A stretch of DNA of 64,000 nt from positions 40,424,001 to 40,488,000 of the forward strand of contig NC_087452.1 of assembly GCF_036321535.1 (NCBI RefSeq), in the 5' to 3' direction. The first letter of the stretch is position 1, and each line of letters begins with the position of its first letter. The position numbers and the translations under genes were made by a program. The stretch is from Camelus dromedarius (taxonomy: Eukaryota). Below are positions 36,531 through 48,526 of the stretch, piece after piece. The notes below the pieces were generated by a model. The model had not been told where the DNA came from. It searched no databases and saw nothing but the letters and a program-made list of their open reading frames with translations.

Positions 36531-37044
36531 CTTTACTTTTTAATGTTATCTATAGAAATCTTCTTTCTCTTTTTGGAAAAGTGACAATATACCTGTCACT
36601 CCCTTCCATACAGAAGGCCATTGCAACAACAGCACCACCTGATATGACCCCATCCTCTGTTTAATCACAACTCCCTCCTCTATGGAGTCTAAACCAATTT
36701 AGAAATGGGAGTTGAATCATAGTACCCACCTTATTACTAGCTGGCCTGTAGAGTGTGACTCAGACCTGAGGCCAAACTCAGCTTTCAAGGACCTCTTTCC
36801 ACCTCAGCTTATATCCAAACCTTGCCACCACGCAGGGGAGGAGTTCCGCCTGCAGAGGTGACTCCTCCAGTCACATGGATGAGGGATCTGGGTGCACCTC
36901 AAGCCCCACCAAGTCAGATGGACAGACACCCAACCTAGGTGTACTGTACTTACCACTTAGAAGGAGGGGAAGAGGGAAAAGAACAGCTGCCTCCATGCTG
37001 CTCAGCCAGAGAGAGGCACACTTCTTTTAATCTCATCCACGAGA

Positions 37045-37448
37045 GTAAGGAACAATGGTATAGACTCTTCTCATTTGAATGTTTGGCGTGGATTAGAAAA
37101 ATAATTTCCTAAGTCACTTCCGCTGCCATGGAGCAGGGTGAGGGCAAAAGCTTTCCCCCAGATCTGCCTGAATAGAAGTGTTGACAAATCCTATTCCATG
37201 GACCCAGTGAGGGGTATCTGTAGTAGGAATATAAAGATACCTCCTCTTCTGCAAGCACACCGTCCATGGGGAAACAGCACGTGAAGCCATGAAAGTCACC
37301 CCAAGCTCAGTACCATCCAATCAGATAATTCAGTGTTATCTGAGATCCTGAACAGTCACTTCCATGGCAGCGGAAGTGACTTAGGAAATTATTTTTCTAA
37401 CCCATGCCCAACATTCAAATGAAAAGAGTCTATACCATTGTTCATTAC
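37045..37448. repeat. Long inverted repeat: 88-bp arms (83/88 identical) with a 228-bp spacer
   Basis: 37045-37132 compared base by base with the reverse complement of 37361-37448; 5 mismatches, no indels. Confidence 0.97.
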
Positions 37449-37540
37449 AAGCTTTAAAGTTATTTCTAAGTTCTTGAGTGCACAGGCATATTCTTTTTTT
37501 TTCTTTTCATTTTGAACAGAAGGAAAGAATCATTGCTGTG

Positions 37541-38105
37541 TTTTTGCAGCTTTGTTGAGATATGATTGATACAACGAACTGCATATATTTAAAGTGTACA
37601 ATTTGATGACCCCATTCAACAATCATCACAGTGAAGACAGTTGTCCCCAAAGTTCCCTTGTGCCCCTTTACAGTCCACACCTCTTCCCCCCAGCAACAAG
37701 GGATGCAGTTTTTATCTGTGTAGGTTAGTTTGTGTTTTATATAAATGATATCATACAGTTTGTATTCTCCTTTTGTCTGGCTTCTTTCATTCAGCATGAG
37801 TATTTTCTTAATCATCCTTGTGGTTGTGTAGGTCAATTGTGCATCTTTTTTTTTATTGCTGAGTAGCTTTCCATTGTATGTGTGAACCACAGTTTGCTTA
37901 TTCATTCACCTGTCCCTGGACATTTGTGCTATTTCCAGTTTGTGGCTCCTACAAATAAAGCCACTGTGAACATTCATCTTCAAGTCCTTGTGTGGACATA
38001 TGCTTTTGTTTATTTGGGGTAAATATCCAGGATTGCCTGGGTTGTATGGTAAGGAAATGTTTAACATTTAAAGAAGCTGCCAAACTGTTTTCCAAATTGG
38101 TTATA
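37541..38105 (-). mobile_element. L1MB-type 3' region
   Basis: 'agctttgttgagatatgattgataca...tggcttctttcattcagcatg...tgtggacatatgcttttg...gctgccaaactgttttccaaa'. Confidence 0.9.
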
Positions 38106-39936
38106 ATTAAGACATACTCTGTTTTTTTCCTTTCATTTTGGACAAATGGAAAGAAAGCTTTGCAATTTTACATTTAATGATTGACCCTTATTTGCGCTTT
38201 TTTTCTTACATTTTCTAGGAAATGTCTTTCTTCATTTGTCATAGGTCTTCTCACTTCATGGATATTTTTCTTTTCAGTAATTATATTCTGGGCCTTCTAT
38301 TGGCCTGCTTCTCGTCTGAAAAGTGGGGATATGTCACCAGCCTGGGGAATCTCAGGTTCAGAGATGTGCATTAATCTCAGAGACTTGCTGTGAAGACTAA
38401 TGGAGACTTCAGGAAGTTTTCAAACAATGTACCTCAATTGTGGTGGACCTAAATATGCTACTTACAGTTGTGAACAGGTGCAGACCTGTGTGACTTAAAG
38501 TCAGCGACAGGACCTGGGAGCGGGAGAAAAAATTAAGCAAAACAAAAAACACTCTGCCCTTCAGCTACATCACACTCCCCTTCTCACCCCACCCACATTT
38601 GTTCCAAGCACCTTAGACTTCAGAAGCAGGAAGATGTATTTTGCCCCTCAGAGCCCTCCCTGACATGCCGGGAGAGAATGGAGAGAGGTTTTTTTTTTTT
38701 TTTTTTTAAGCTTAAAAATATTCTTTTGAAATGGAAAGAGGAGTGTTAAAGGCTGAATCAGGGGCTGTGGGGAGCAGGGGCGTCTGTCACAGGGCCTTGG
38801 TCTCCCAGCCTGTGCTGTTGGAAAGCAATCTGGGGGCTTCCTAAGAAGTTTAGTTCATTCTGTGGTTTCTGAGAAAATTTAGAACACAAATTCACCGAGA
38901 GGATGGATGTCTGAATTACAAGCTTCAAACAGACACGGTCCCTTGGTCCCCGCGCTCTTACTACTGGGAAGAAAAACTCATTTTCCAAACTCTCTGAAGT
39001 GTGAAGGCGAGCTTCCAGCCCTGCTCCCCGACTCGCCCTCTGACAGGGGAAGCCTGATGGGTAAAGCAGGAAGCATGCGGTCTGATGCCCAAAGTGTAAA
39101 GGAAGGTTGCCCAAAGCCTAGAGAGATCAGTCAGCAAGTAGGATCCCAGCCTGGCAGCTGGAGGGGAAAGGAGTCTGGCCTGAGAGAGGAGAGAGGGACT
39201 TTATATTTACTCCAGCTGTCACTCACAATCAGTGCCTCAGAGATGAGGAGAACAGTCAGGAGGAGACGGAGCCAGCAGCAGCCCAGGGAGCCCTGGAGAG
39301 GGAGTCACTCCACCCCACCACTCCCCTTGCAGAAGGCGGCTCCCCTAGCAGCCCCGCCTCTGGAAGCCAACTTCCCCTTGAAGTGATCAGGGAGCCTGGC
39401 TTCAATTGATGGCATGCATTTGCCAAATTCATTCCACTTCTGCCCAGTTATTTGGAAAATTTTGCCTCGTGTCGGCAGAAACCCCAAGGGTAAGGATGGT
39501 AGAAACCCACTTGTTTATCTTAAGATATCTGCTCTCTCTCTCTCTCTGCCTTCCCCTGCCTTGCAACAACTACGCAGTAACAAAACCCTGTCTTCCCTAC
39601 TTGCAATCTGATCTTCTTAGTCATTCTAATATTGTTATGATTTTGCAGTTCCTAACATCACTGCACAGGCATCATTCCACGTTGGGTTTTCCCATTGACA
39701 GTGCCATTGGAGATGGCACGTAGGCAAGGATGTCACAGAACGTGTAAAGAAACATGTCTCCAAGGGCTGACAGTATACCATTATCCGACATACCACAGGC
39801 TGCCTGGCCTAGAGTTGGGAATTGGGTCATTCCAAGCGGACGTGTGTTTGAACATCCACCACCTACTGCAGGAATAAACACTCTGTGTGCCTGTCAACCT
39901 GCACGTCTGTCTAGATTCCATGCAGATGTGGATATT

Positions 39937-40366
39937 GCAGTGGGTAGACTCTGAAGATGGGCCCAAGCTGCCAGCTCCTTCGTGCTTTATAATCCTAAGG
40001 ACCATGAGTACGATGAATTTCACTCCACGACTAGGTTATGTTGTCTTTAAAAAAGGAAAATTTTCATGTGAGCCCTTCAAGTCTGGGTGTAGAGGTCGGA
40101 GTTTGAGAAGTCAGAAAGAATCCAAGCATGGTACGGATTCAATATGAGACAGATTCTCTGTCGAAGACGGACATGGCATATGGCAAGGAACGTGGGGTGG
40201 CCTCTAGGGGCTGAGTGGGGCCCCCGGCTCACAGCCAGCAAGGATTCAGTCCTAGAACTACTACAGGGAACTGGGTTCTGCCACACCAGGCCAGACTTCT
40301 GACCTGCAGAACTGTGAGTAAATGAATGAATGTACGTTATACTTGAAGCTGCTAAGTTTGTGGTAC
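39937..40366 (+). mobile_element. MLT1E-like MaLR solo LTR; 3' end runs into an N-run
   Basis: 'gtagactctgaagatgggccc...gcaaggaacgtggggtggcctctaggggctgag...cagccagcaagg...cttctgacctgcagaactgtgag...aagctgctaagtttgtggta'. Confidence 0.85.
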
Positions 40367-40699
40367 NNNNNNNNNNNNNNNNNNNNNNNNNNNNNNNNNN
40401 NNNNNNNNNNNNNNNNNNNNNNNNNNNNNNNNNNNNNNNNNNNNNNNNNNNNNNNNNNNNNNNNNNNNNNNNNNNNNNNNNNNNNNNNNNNNNNNNNNNN
40501 NNNNNNNNNNNNNNNNNGGATATAATTCCAAAGATAAAGTGGTTCTGGTTTCTCTCTATTAAACCTGCCAACATTGTGATGTCATTTTGTTTGTCTAGTT
40601 CGCTGGGCAGAAGTTGGTATTAATTAGCAAATTGGGGGGAAAACTCTTCGATGATATGCCCACTCATATCCAATTACACTTAAAATATCCCTTCTTGTT

Positions 40700-41093
40700 C
40701 ACAGGGCCTGTAAGGCCTAGCATCATTGGGTTCTGTGAATTTTTCTAACTTCTAGAGCTGCCCTTCCTGTGCCAGTGAGGATTCAGCCAGAGATGGCTGA
40801 CCAGGGAGGAGGCTGGAACTCCACTGGCATCAGCTGAAATGGTTACCCACAGGCAGAATTTTTTTCCTCTCCAATCCTCCCTGTCTCTCAGAAGCCTCAG
40901 CTCTGCTTTTAAGGACTTCCAACTGATTAATTCAGGCTGACCCTGATTACCCAGATAATCTTCCTTCCTTTGAGACAACTGATGAGGGCATTGCATCTTC
41001 AAAGTCCCTTTGCAGTTAACACCTAGATTGGTGTTGGTTTGAATAACTGGGATCTGTAGCCTTAAAAAGTTGACACATCAAAAAGCCATCACA
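40700..41093 (-). mobile_element. MLT2C/D-like ERVL LTR (left boundary uncertain)
   Basis: Minus strand begins 'tgtgatggctttttgatgtgtcaactt...gctacagatcccagttattcaaacc...aatctaggtgtt'. Confidence 0.75.
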
Positions 41094-41601
41094 CGACCTT
41101 ATTAGCTCAGTTACTACCCCCGATTTTTTTTTTTCCTTTTCTTAAAACATCTTTATCTGGTGCTGTTCTGAGGGTGATGCTGGCCTCAGAAATGCACTGG
41201 GAAGCGTTCTCTGTTTTCTTAAAGAGCTGTGTGGTATTGGTATTATTTCTTCCTCAGATGTTTGACAGCAGTCACTGGGAAAGCCATCTGGATCTGGAGT
41301 TTCTTTTGTGAGAAGTTCCTTTTTAATAGTGATTTCAATTTCTTTAGTATAGATACAGGGCTGTTCCGACATTTAATTTCTTTTAGTGCCACTGTTGCTA
41401 ATTCCGTCTTTCAAAGAATTATTTTTTCCGTCTAAGTAATTTATTGGCATAAAACAATTCATAGTATTCCGTATTAATGTTTGATGTCTGTATGTTCTTT
41501 GGCAATATCCCTTCTTTTATTTCTCATATTGGTACTTTGTGCTCGCTCTCTCTTCTCCTCTCAGTCCAGCTAGGGGTCCATTTAGATAAGGGTTTATCAA
41601 T

Positions 41602-41680
41602 CTTTTTCATTTTATTTTTTATGGAAGTGTAGTGGATTTACAATGTTAGTTTCAAGTGTACAGCAAAGCGATTCAGCTGT
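41602..41680 (-). mobile_element. 79-bp L1 3' stub with a perfect 16-bp TSD
   Basis: ataagggtttatcaat at 41586-41601 and 41681-41696; insert 'tttatggaagtgtagtggatttacaatgttagtttcaagtgtacagcaaagcgattcag' is an L1 3' terminus. Confidence 0.9.
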
Positions 41681-41710
41681 ATAAGGGTTTATCAATTTTA
41701 TCAAACTTTT

Positions 41711-41834
41711 GTATTTTTTTTTGCAGGGGAGGGGGAGGTAATGAGGTTTATTAATTTTTTTATTTTAATGGAGGTACCCAGGACCTTGTGCATGCTAGGC
41801 ATGCGCTCTACCACTGAGCTATACCCTCCCCACC
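41711..41834 (-). mobile_element. Vic-1-type SINE with 10-bp TSD
   Basis: Minus strand 'ggggagggtatagctcagtggtagagcgcatgcctagcatgcacaaggtcctggg'; the B-box region is partly deleted. TSD tcaaactttt at 41701-41710 and 41835-41844. Confidence 0.92.
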
Positions 41835-43539
41835 TCAAACTTTTCAAACGACCCACTTTTGCTTTCTTTAGTCTTCTTAATTGTTTGCCTGTCTTCTATT
41901 TCAGTGATCTCTGCTCTTTACCATTTCTCTTCTTTTGCTTTTTCTAAGTTTAATTGCTCTTATTTTCTACTTTTTAAAGACAAAACTTTACATCAATGAT
42001 TTTTATAACTTCTCTACTATAAGCATTTCAAGTTATAAATTCTCATCTAAGGACTTCTTTCATTGATATATTATTGGGTTTTGACTGTCATTAGTTCAAT
42101 CCTTTTGCAATTTCCTTTCAGATTATTTTTTTGGCTTGTGGGTCATATAGCAGTGTGTTGTTTAATTTCCATATACTTGGATATTTTTCATGTATCATTT
42201 AATTATTAATTTTTAATTTAATTCCGTTGTGGTCAGAGAACATATTTGATATGATTTCAATCCCTTTAAACTTACTGAGACTTTCCTTGGGCCCAGCATA
42301 CGGCATATCTTGGTGAATGGTCCCTGTGCCCTTCAAAGGATAGTGTGTTCTTCCATCATTGGGTGAGGTTTTCTCTAAGTCTCGAATCGGTTAAATTATT
42401 TGATATTATTGCAAGTCCTCTACGTATTACTTTTTAATTTAGTTGTTCTTACAGTAACTAGGGAGGAGTCATAAAATCTCCAACTATAATTATGGATTCA
42501 TCTATTTCTTTTTTTAGTTCTGTCGTTTTTGCTTCATATATTTTGAATTGCTGTTAACAGATGCATAATAATTTAGGATTGTTACGCCTTTTATGAACTG
42601 AAAGATCTCTCTTGCCTTGAAGTGAACGTTAATATTAATATAGGGACATTGCCTTTCTTATGGCTGGTATTTGCATATCTGTAACTACTCACAGTGTACC
42701 TTGCTTTAATATTATAATTCTTCACATCGAATCTAAGAATCTTACAACAAAATGTTTTCATTGACCCCCCTCCAGTCACCCATTTTATTTCTACATTATG
42801 AATGAGAAAAAAAAATTCTACATACCTATATGTTTACTGTTTCTCGTAAACTTTGTTCCTTTGTGTAAATCCAGGTTGCTCTCTGGTATTATTTTATTTT
42901 TCCCGTCTGCCTGAAGGACCTCTTTTAGTGCAGGTCTGCTGGCAGTAAATTCCCTCAGCTTTTGTTGATCTGAAATGTCTCTTCCGCATTTTTCAAAGGT
43001 CCTTATGCTAGATATGTCATTTTAAGTTAACTGTTTATGCTTTCAGCAGTTTAAACATGCTGTTACATTGACTTCTGGTGGCATTGTGTTTGATAAGAAA
43101 TAAGTAGGGACTCTTATTATTATCCTTATGTCTATAAGTGCACTTTCCCTCTGCTTCAAGACTTACTCTTTTTCTTGGTTTTCATCGATTTGAATATGAT
43201 GTGTCTGGGTGGCTTCTCTTTGTGTGTAAGCCTGCGTGGGTTTGTTGAGCCTCTTTTGTGTAACTGTGGGAGTGTAGGAAAGGAAGAACAACATCACTAG
43301 GATTCAGGGAAGTGCAGAGTAAAACCACGGTAAGATACCACTCTGTTCCTTCTGACCTCTGAGTAGTGTTCTGTGGTGGGGCTCTGTCGTGGTTTGTTTA
43401 ACTGTTTGTCCATTTAAGGACATTTGAGTTGTTTCCAAATGCCCAGAGTGAGCAAAGCACTCTGTGCTCACTGCAATGGTTAATTAAAAGAGACTGATTA
43501 TAACCAAGAGTTATTAGAAATGTGAGACAACCGGAACTC

Positions 43540-44070
43540 TCCTTTCATGCTGCAGCGTACTTGGTACAGTCATCTTGGATAACCAACAGACATCATCTAG
43601 TCAAGCTAACCAGCTGCCCACCCAGTGACTCAGCAAGTCCACTGCTAGGGTATATCTAAGAGAAATGAGTGCATAAGTCTACCAAAAGAGAATAGATGGG
43701 TAATGACGTTGTGGTCTATTCATACAATGAAATAATATTGAGTAATGAGAACAAATGAACCATTGCTACATGATACAACATGAGTGAATCTTAGAGAAGT
43801 AATACTGAGTGAAAGAAGCCAGACATAAAAGAATGTACCGAATTTTTCATTTTAACGAAACTGAAATGGTTTATAAAGGTTGGAATAGTAGTTACCTCTG
43901 GGACCGTGGATAGGAGTAGGAGTTGACCCTATCAGCATGTAGAGGTCTTCTGTGATGTTGGAGATGTTCTGTGTCTTGATCTGGGGAATGCCACACAGAC
44001 ATCTATACACATGCAAAAATTCATCCAGCTGCATGCTTGAGGTGTATGTTAAACCTCCATAAGAATTTTT
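43540..44070 (+). mobile_element. L1ME-type 3' region (sense)
   Basis: 'gctagggtatatctaagagaaatgagtgcat...catacaatgaaataatatt...gagtgaaagaagccagaca...atgttctgtgtcttgatctggg'. Confidence 0.8.
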
Positions 44071-45402
44071 TTAAGTAGGTATTATGCAACAATCTTTGAG
44101 AAATAAAATCTAGCTCTAATCATTGGATATATAAATTAAACCATTTTAATTTACCTTTGAATGTGAAATTAAAATGTTTTAAAATTCCTCTTCACATTCG
44201 TTAATTAAAGGATGAATCTTTTCATAAAAACAAAGCAAAAGCCAATTCCTTCAAACGAAGCAGCCACAGATACTTTTATGCCTCTCCCAGAGTTTTATAT
44301 TTAGGGCTTTTGCAGACTGCAGGAACCAAATGCAATTTCATACTTGAAAATCTTTCCCCTGCCAGATGCGGGATCTGCCTGTTTGCCACTGATAATTTAA
44401 AGGTGCTAAATTCAGATACTTTCAAACTGTGTTTCTCTAGAGATCACCCTTTTTTCTCTAGATGGGACAATTAAAATGAGCTTCTGTTCTGCTGCCACTA
44501 GCCCTCCAATATCAAAGTTAAGAATGTAAGGGGTTTGGAAACGAGAGATTTAATGGGGTCTGGGAAAGTGTGCCTTTTACCAGGAATTGGGCAAAGTTTC
44601 ATTTTTGCTAGATGAAAGACTAATTTTTGAGGTTTTCTGGAATCAGTGACATTAGATATCTTGCCTCTTTTGTAGTGTGCTATATGGAATGATTCCAAAG
44701 ATTTCTCAGTATCATTTTAAACAGTACCCATTCTTGAAATTGTTTACCTCTTTCTGTTGAATCGGAAAAAAGGTCAAAGTTTTTTTCCATATCAATCATG
44801 CCTAAAATAACTCTGTACCCAAAAGCCAGAATTAATTTCCTGGTAAAAAGGGACAATGAACTTTGCCACGGTGGATTCTTATTGCTTTGTCTTCAGAGCA
44901 TGCCCATCTGGGAACATGGCTTGTTTCTGGGAGCTTCTCCACCACTGCCATGCAGTTCCCATCCAAGACCTGTCCATAGCTCCATTCCCCTGGTCACATT
45001 TGCTTATTCCATGAGTAGCATCTAATTATTTATTTATTTATAGTTATTTTTGCATTGGAACTGAGAGACTTAGTTTCTTTCCAGTGGTAGAATTAATAAG
45101 AGATACTGTCATATTTCCCACCAAAGCCTTTACAAAGATGGGCAGATGTCTAGGAGCCTAGCACAGCCCTTCTTCATCAGGCCCAGAGGGCTTCTGGACC
45201 ATTTGCCATCAGCTAAGACTTTCTTGATCTGGGAAGATATGAGATGGTAAATTTTCAGCAGGAGACCAGGATATAGCAATGCCTAGGTAGATCTGTTTTT
45301 TTGAGATTAATTTTATGTTACAACAACAGAAGGGAGTGAATGAATGAATTAATGTGATGTCCTTGTACAACCACATGACATTTTTGCTCATTTGCTACTT
45401 TG

Positions 45403-46774
45403 TTTGTTGGGGGTTTTTTTGTTTTGTTTTTTGTGTGTTTTTTTAACATTTTTTATTGATTTATAATCATTTTACAATGTGTCAAATTCCAGTGTAGAGC
45501 ACAATTTTTCAGTTATACATGAACATTTATATATTCATTGTCACATTTTTTCTCTGTGAGCTACCATAAGATCTTGTATATATTTCCCTATGCTATACAG
45601 TATAATCTTGTTTATTCTACATTTTGAAATCCTAGTCTATCCCTTCCCACCCCCTGCTCCCTTGGCAACCACAAGTTTGTATTCTGTGTCTATGGATCTA
45701 TTTCTGTTTTGTATTTATGCTTTGCTTGTTTGTTTGCTTTTAATTTTGGATTCCACATATGAGCGATCTCATATGGTATTTTTCTTTCTCTTTCTGGCTT
45801 ACTTCACTTAGAATGACATTCTCCAGGAGCATCCATGTTGCTGCAAATGNNNNNNNNNNNNNNNNNNNNNNNNNNNNNNNNNNNNNNNNNNNNNNNNNNN
45901 NNNNNNNNNNNNNNNNNNNNNNNNNNNNNNNNNNNNNNNNNNNNNNNNNNNNNNNNNNNNNNNNNNNNNNNNNNNNNNNNNNNNNNNNNNNNNNNNNNNN
46001 NNCATTTTGGAGTAGGGTTCCTTCTGGATATATGCCCAGGAGCAGGATTCCTGGGTCATATGGTAAGTCTATTCCTAGTCTTTTGAGGAATCTCCATACT
46101 GTTTTCCACAGTGGCTGCACCAAACTACATTCCCACCAGCAGTGCAGGAGNNNNNNNNNNNNNNNNNNNNNNNNNNNNNNNNNNNNNNNNNNNNNNNNNN
46201 NNNNNNNNNNNNNNNNNNNNNNNNNNNNNNNNNNNNNNNNNNNNNNNNNNNNNNNNNNNNNNNNNNNNNNNNNNNNNNNNNNNNNNNNNNNNNNNNNNNN
46301 NNNNNNNNNNNNNNNNNNNNNNNNNNNNNNNNNNNNNNNNNNNNCTTCTGCCCATTTTTGGATTGGGTTGTTTGTTTTTTTCTTATTAAGTCATATGAGC
46401 TGCTTATATATTCTGGAGATCAAGCCTTTNNNNNNNNNNNNNNNNNNNNNNNNNNNNNNNNNNNNNNNNNNNNNNNNNNNNNNNNNNNNNNNNNNNNNNN
46501 NNNNNNNNNNNNNNNNNNNNNNNNNNNNNNNNNNNNNNNNNNNNNNNNNNNNNNNNNNTATTGCTTGAGTAGACTGTTCTAGGAGAACATTTTTGACATA
46601 TATGTCAGCTAATGTTTTGCCTATATTTTCTTCTAGGAAGTTTATTGTATCTTGTCTTATGTTTAAGTCTTTGATCCATTTTGAGCTTATTTTTGTGTAT
46701 GGTGTAAGGGAGTGCTCTAGTTTCATTGCTTTACATGCTGCTGTCCAGTTTTCCCAACACCATTTGCTGAAGAT
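45403..46774 (-). mobile_element. Young camelid L1, 5'-truncated (about 1.4 kb; ORF2 C-terminus plus 3' UTR), 14-bp TSD
   Basis: ORF2 peptides '[37 protein letters not shown]' and '[32 protein letters not shown]...FAATWMLLENVILSEVSQ'. TSD catttgctactttg (45389-45402) / cacttgctactttg (46775-46788). Confidence 0.97.
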
Positions 46775-47339
46775 CACTTGCTACTTTGAAATAGAGAGTA
46801 GACAAAGCCTCAGATGTCAAAAGAGAACCTGGAATAAGATGTCATCACCACCAGTCATCCTGGACATAAACGAGGGATGCAGGTATCCTTTAGGGAGAAG
46901 CATTGACTAGTTCATGTCTGTAGTTCTTTCTCTTATATGAATGTTTTATTTGTCTCCTCCTAAGACAGTGGGTAGGGTGATCCCTGGATATGATTGCCCT
47001 TTGATACAATTAAAGGATGGATGTGTCACCAGCAGAGAATGAGGGGGAAAAATGAGGGTATCTTCAAATTTTTGCTCCATGTATCTTGAGAAGGAGGAGT
47101 ATCGAGTTTTGCCCAAAACATCTTCTGATTGATGTATGTCTCTAACGTTCTAAGTCTTCTCCTCATGACCTTCTTAAAGGTACCTGTTCGTTCATTCAGT
47201 ACCTAGTTAAGCAAAATGATTCTCCTCTGATCTTTACCTAAAATTCTCCTAAAATATTCTGATGTCATTTGCAAGAAGTCTGTGAGTGAATTCAGAATTC
47301 TTATAGATAAGCAATATGAGAGAGAGAAAGCAAGTGAAA

Positions 47340-47428
47340 GCATATTCACTGCTGAATCCTCAGTGGCTGCTGTAGTGCCTGGTGTGTAGTGGGTACTTAA
47401 TAAATATTTGTTGGATGAATGACTGAAT
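47340..47428 (+). mobile_element. L2 3' terminus
   Basis: 'gtgcctggtgtgtagtgggtacttaataaatatttgttggatgaatgactgaat'. Confidence 0.75.
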
Positions 47429-48337
47429 AGGATTCATGTGGAAACATGGACTGGTAGTCTGTTTATTAGTTTATCTGTCTTACTTTGTATTTGGTGCTCT
47501 AACAAAAATATTTAAATATATGGTGGTTTGAAAAGTTTTTCTAAAAAGTATATGAAAAAGTCCATTTTGCCCAGTAAATTAAAAAGATGTAGTAGCCTTG
47601 AGGACCTTACATGAAAATACATTAAAATTCTTGCACCCCCTAATGGTCACCTGTGGGATTACACTTCAGAATTAGAAACAGGCAAAGTTGAAAATAGGAC
47701 CACATTTTCAAGAAAAAATTGTATTCTAGACACTGGACTCAGGCAAGCTCAGTCAAAGGGTGCTCTTTGGCAGGACTTGAGTGTTTTTTGATGACCACCG
47801 AGAAGTGACAGATGCTCTCTATTTCTGAACAAGCTTTCTGTAAATTTAAAGGGTGAAGTAAGCAATCTTTCACAGCTCAGCTTTGACAATAAGAAAGTCT
47901 AAAACAGCAGAAAACCCCACTCCAATGGCTTTTGAAAAAGTCTATTTAAAGTTTGGTTCCTGGGATGGGAAAATGGGGCACTGACAGCCCCAACAGTGTT
48001 TCCAACTCACCAGAAAAATATGCTGGCTTGGACAAGGCGAAATATGGTAGAAATTAAGATCATATCTTCTCTGTAATAGACCTCGGACTCTCTGGATAAG
48101 TTGTTACAGATTTGAGCAAGGATCCTATGGAAGAAGGCAGACTAATAGACAAAATTCTGAAAAGACTGGACCAGAAGAAATACAGCAGGCTGAAGCCAAG
48201 TGCATATATCTGTTCCTTTACAAACCCCATGAAAGTGAGAATTAAAGAATAAAAAACAAAGGCCATCCATTCAGAAGAGCAAAGAGAATAGTTCAGTCAA
48301 ACAAAAGCAGAGATTATACCAATTTTCATGAATTTTG

Positions 48338-48526
48338 CTTTAAAAAAAGTCATTCTTTTTTTTCTTTCCTTCCAGTTTTAGTATACTCTTGTGTGTGTGT
48401 TTGGGGTTGGTAATTAGATTTTGTTTTTTGTTTTTTTTTTAAGGATGTAATGGGAATTGAACCCAGGACTTTATGCTTGCTAGGTAAGCACTCTACCACT
48501 GAGCTATACCCTCTTGCCTCAACTCC
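48338..48526 (-). mobile_element. Vic-1-type SINE with extended 3' tail and 11-bp TSD
   Basis: Minus strand 'gagggtatagctcagtggtagagtgcttacctagcaagcataaagtcctgggttcaattccc'; TSD catgaattttg at 48327-48337 and 48527-48537. Confidence 0.88.

Larger units (their letters stand above)
41140..43250 (-). mobile_element. Old L1M, ORF2 5' half and upstream region, with younger insertions
   Basis: The ORF at 41142-41372 ('KEIEITIKKELLTKETPDPDGF...EEEIIPI') aligns to L1 ORF2 'KEIESVIKNLPTKKSPGPDGF..EELIPI'. Confidence 0.85.

Noticed and set aside
44295-44304. MEF2-type motif TTATATTTAG
   Set aside because: An isolated AT-rich 10-mer, expected by chance in this composition.
45740-46910. Long ORFs containing X runs (also at 14311-14603, 40077-40623 and 54712-55079)
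   Set aside because: Length is inflated by N-runs. The readable parts are L1 ORF2, its antisense, or LTR sequence.
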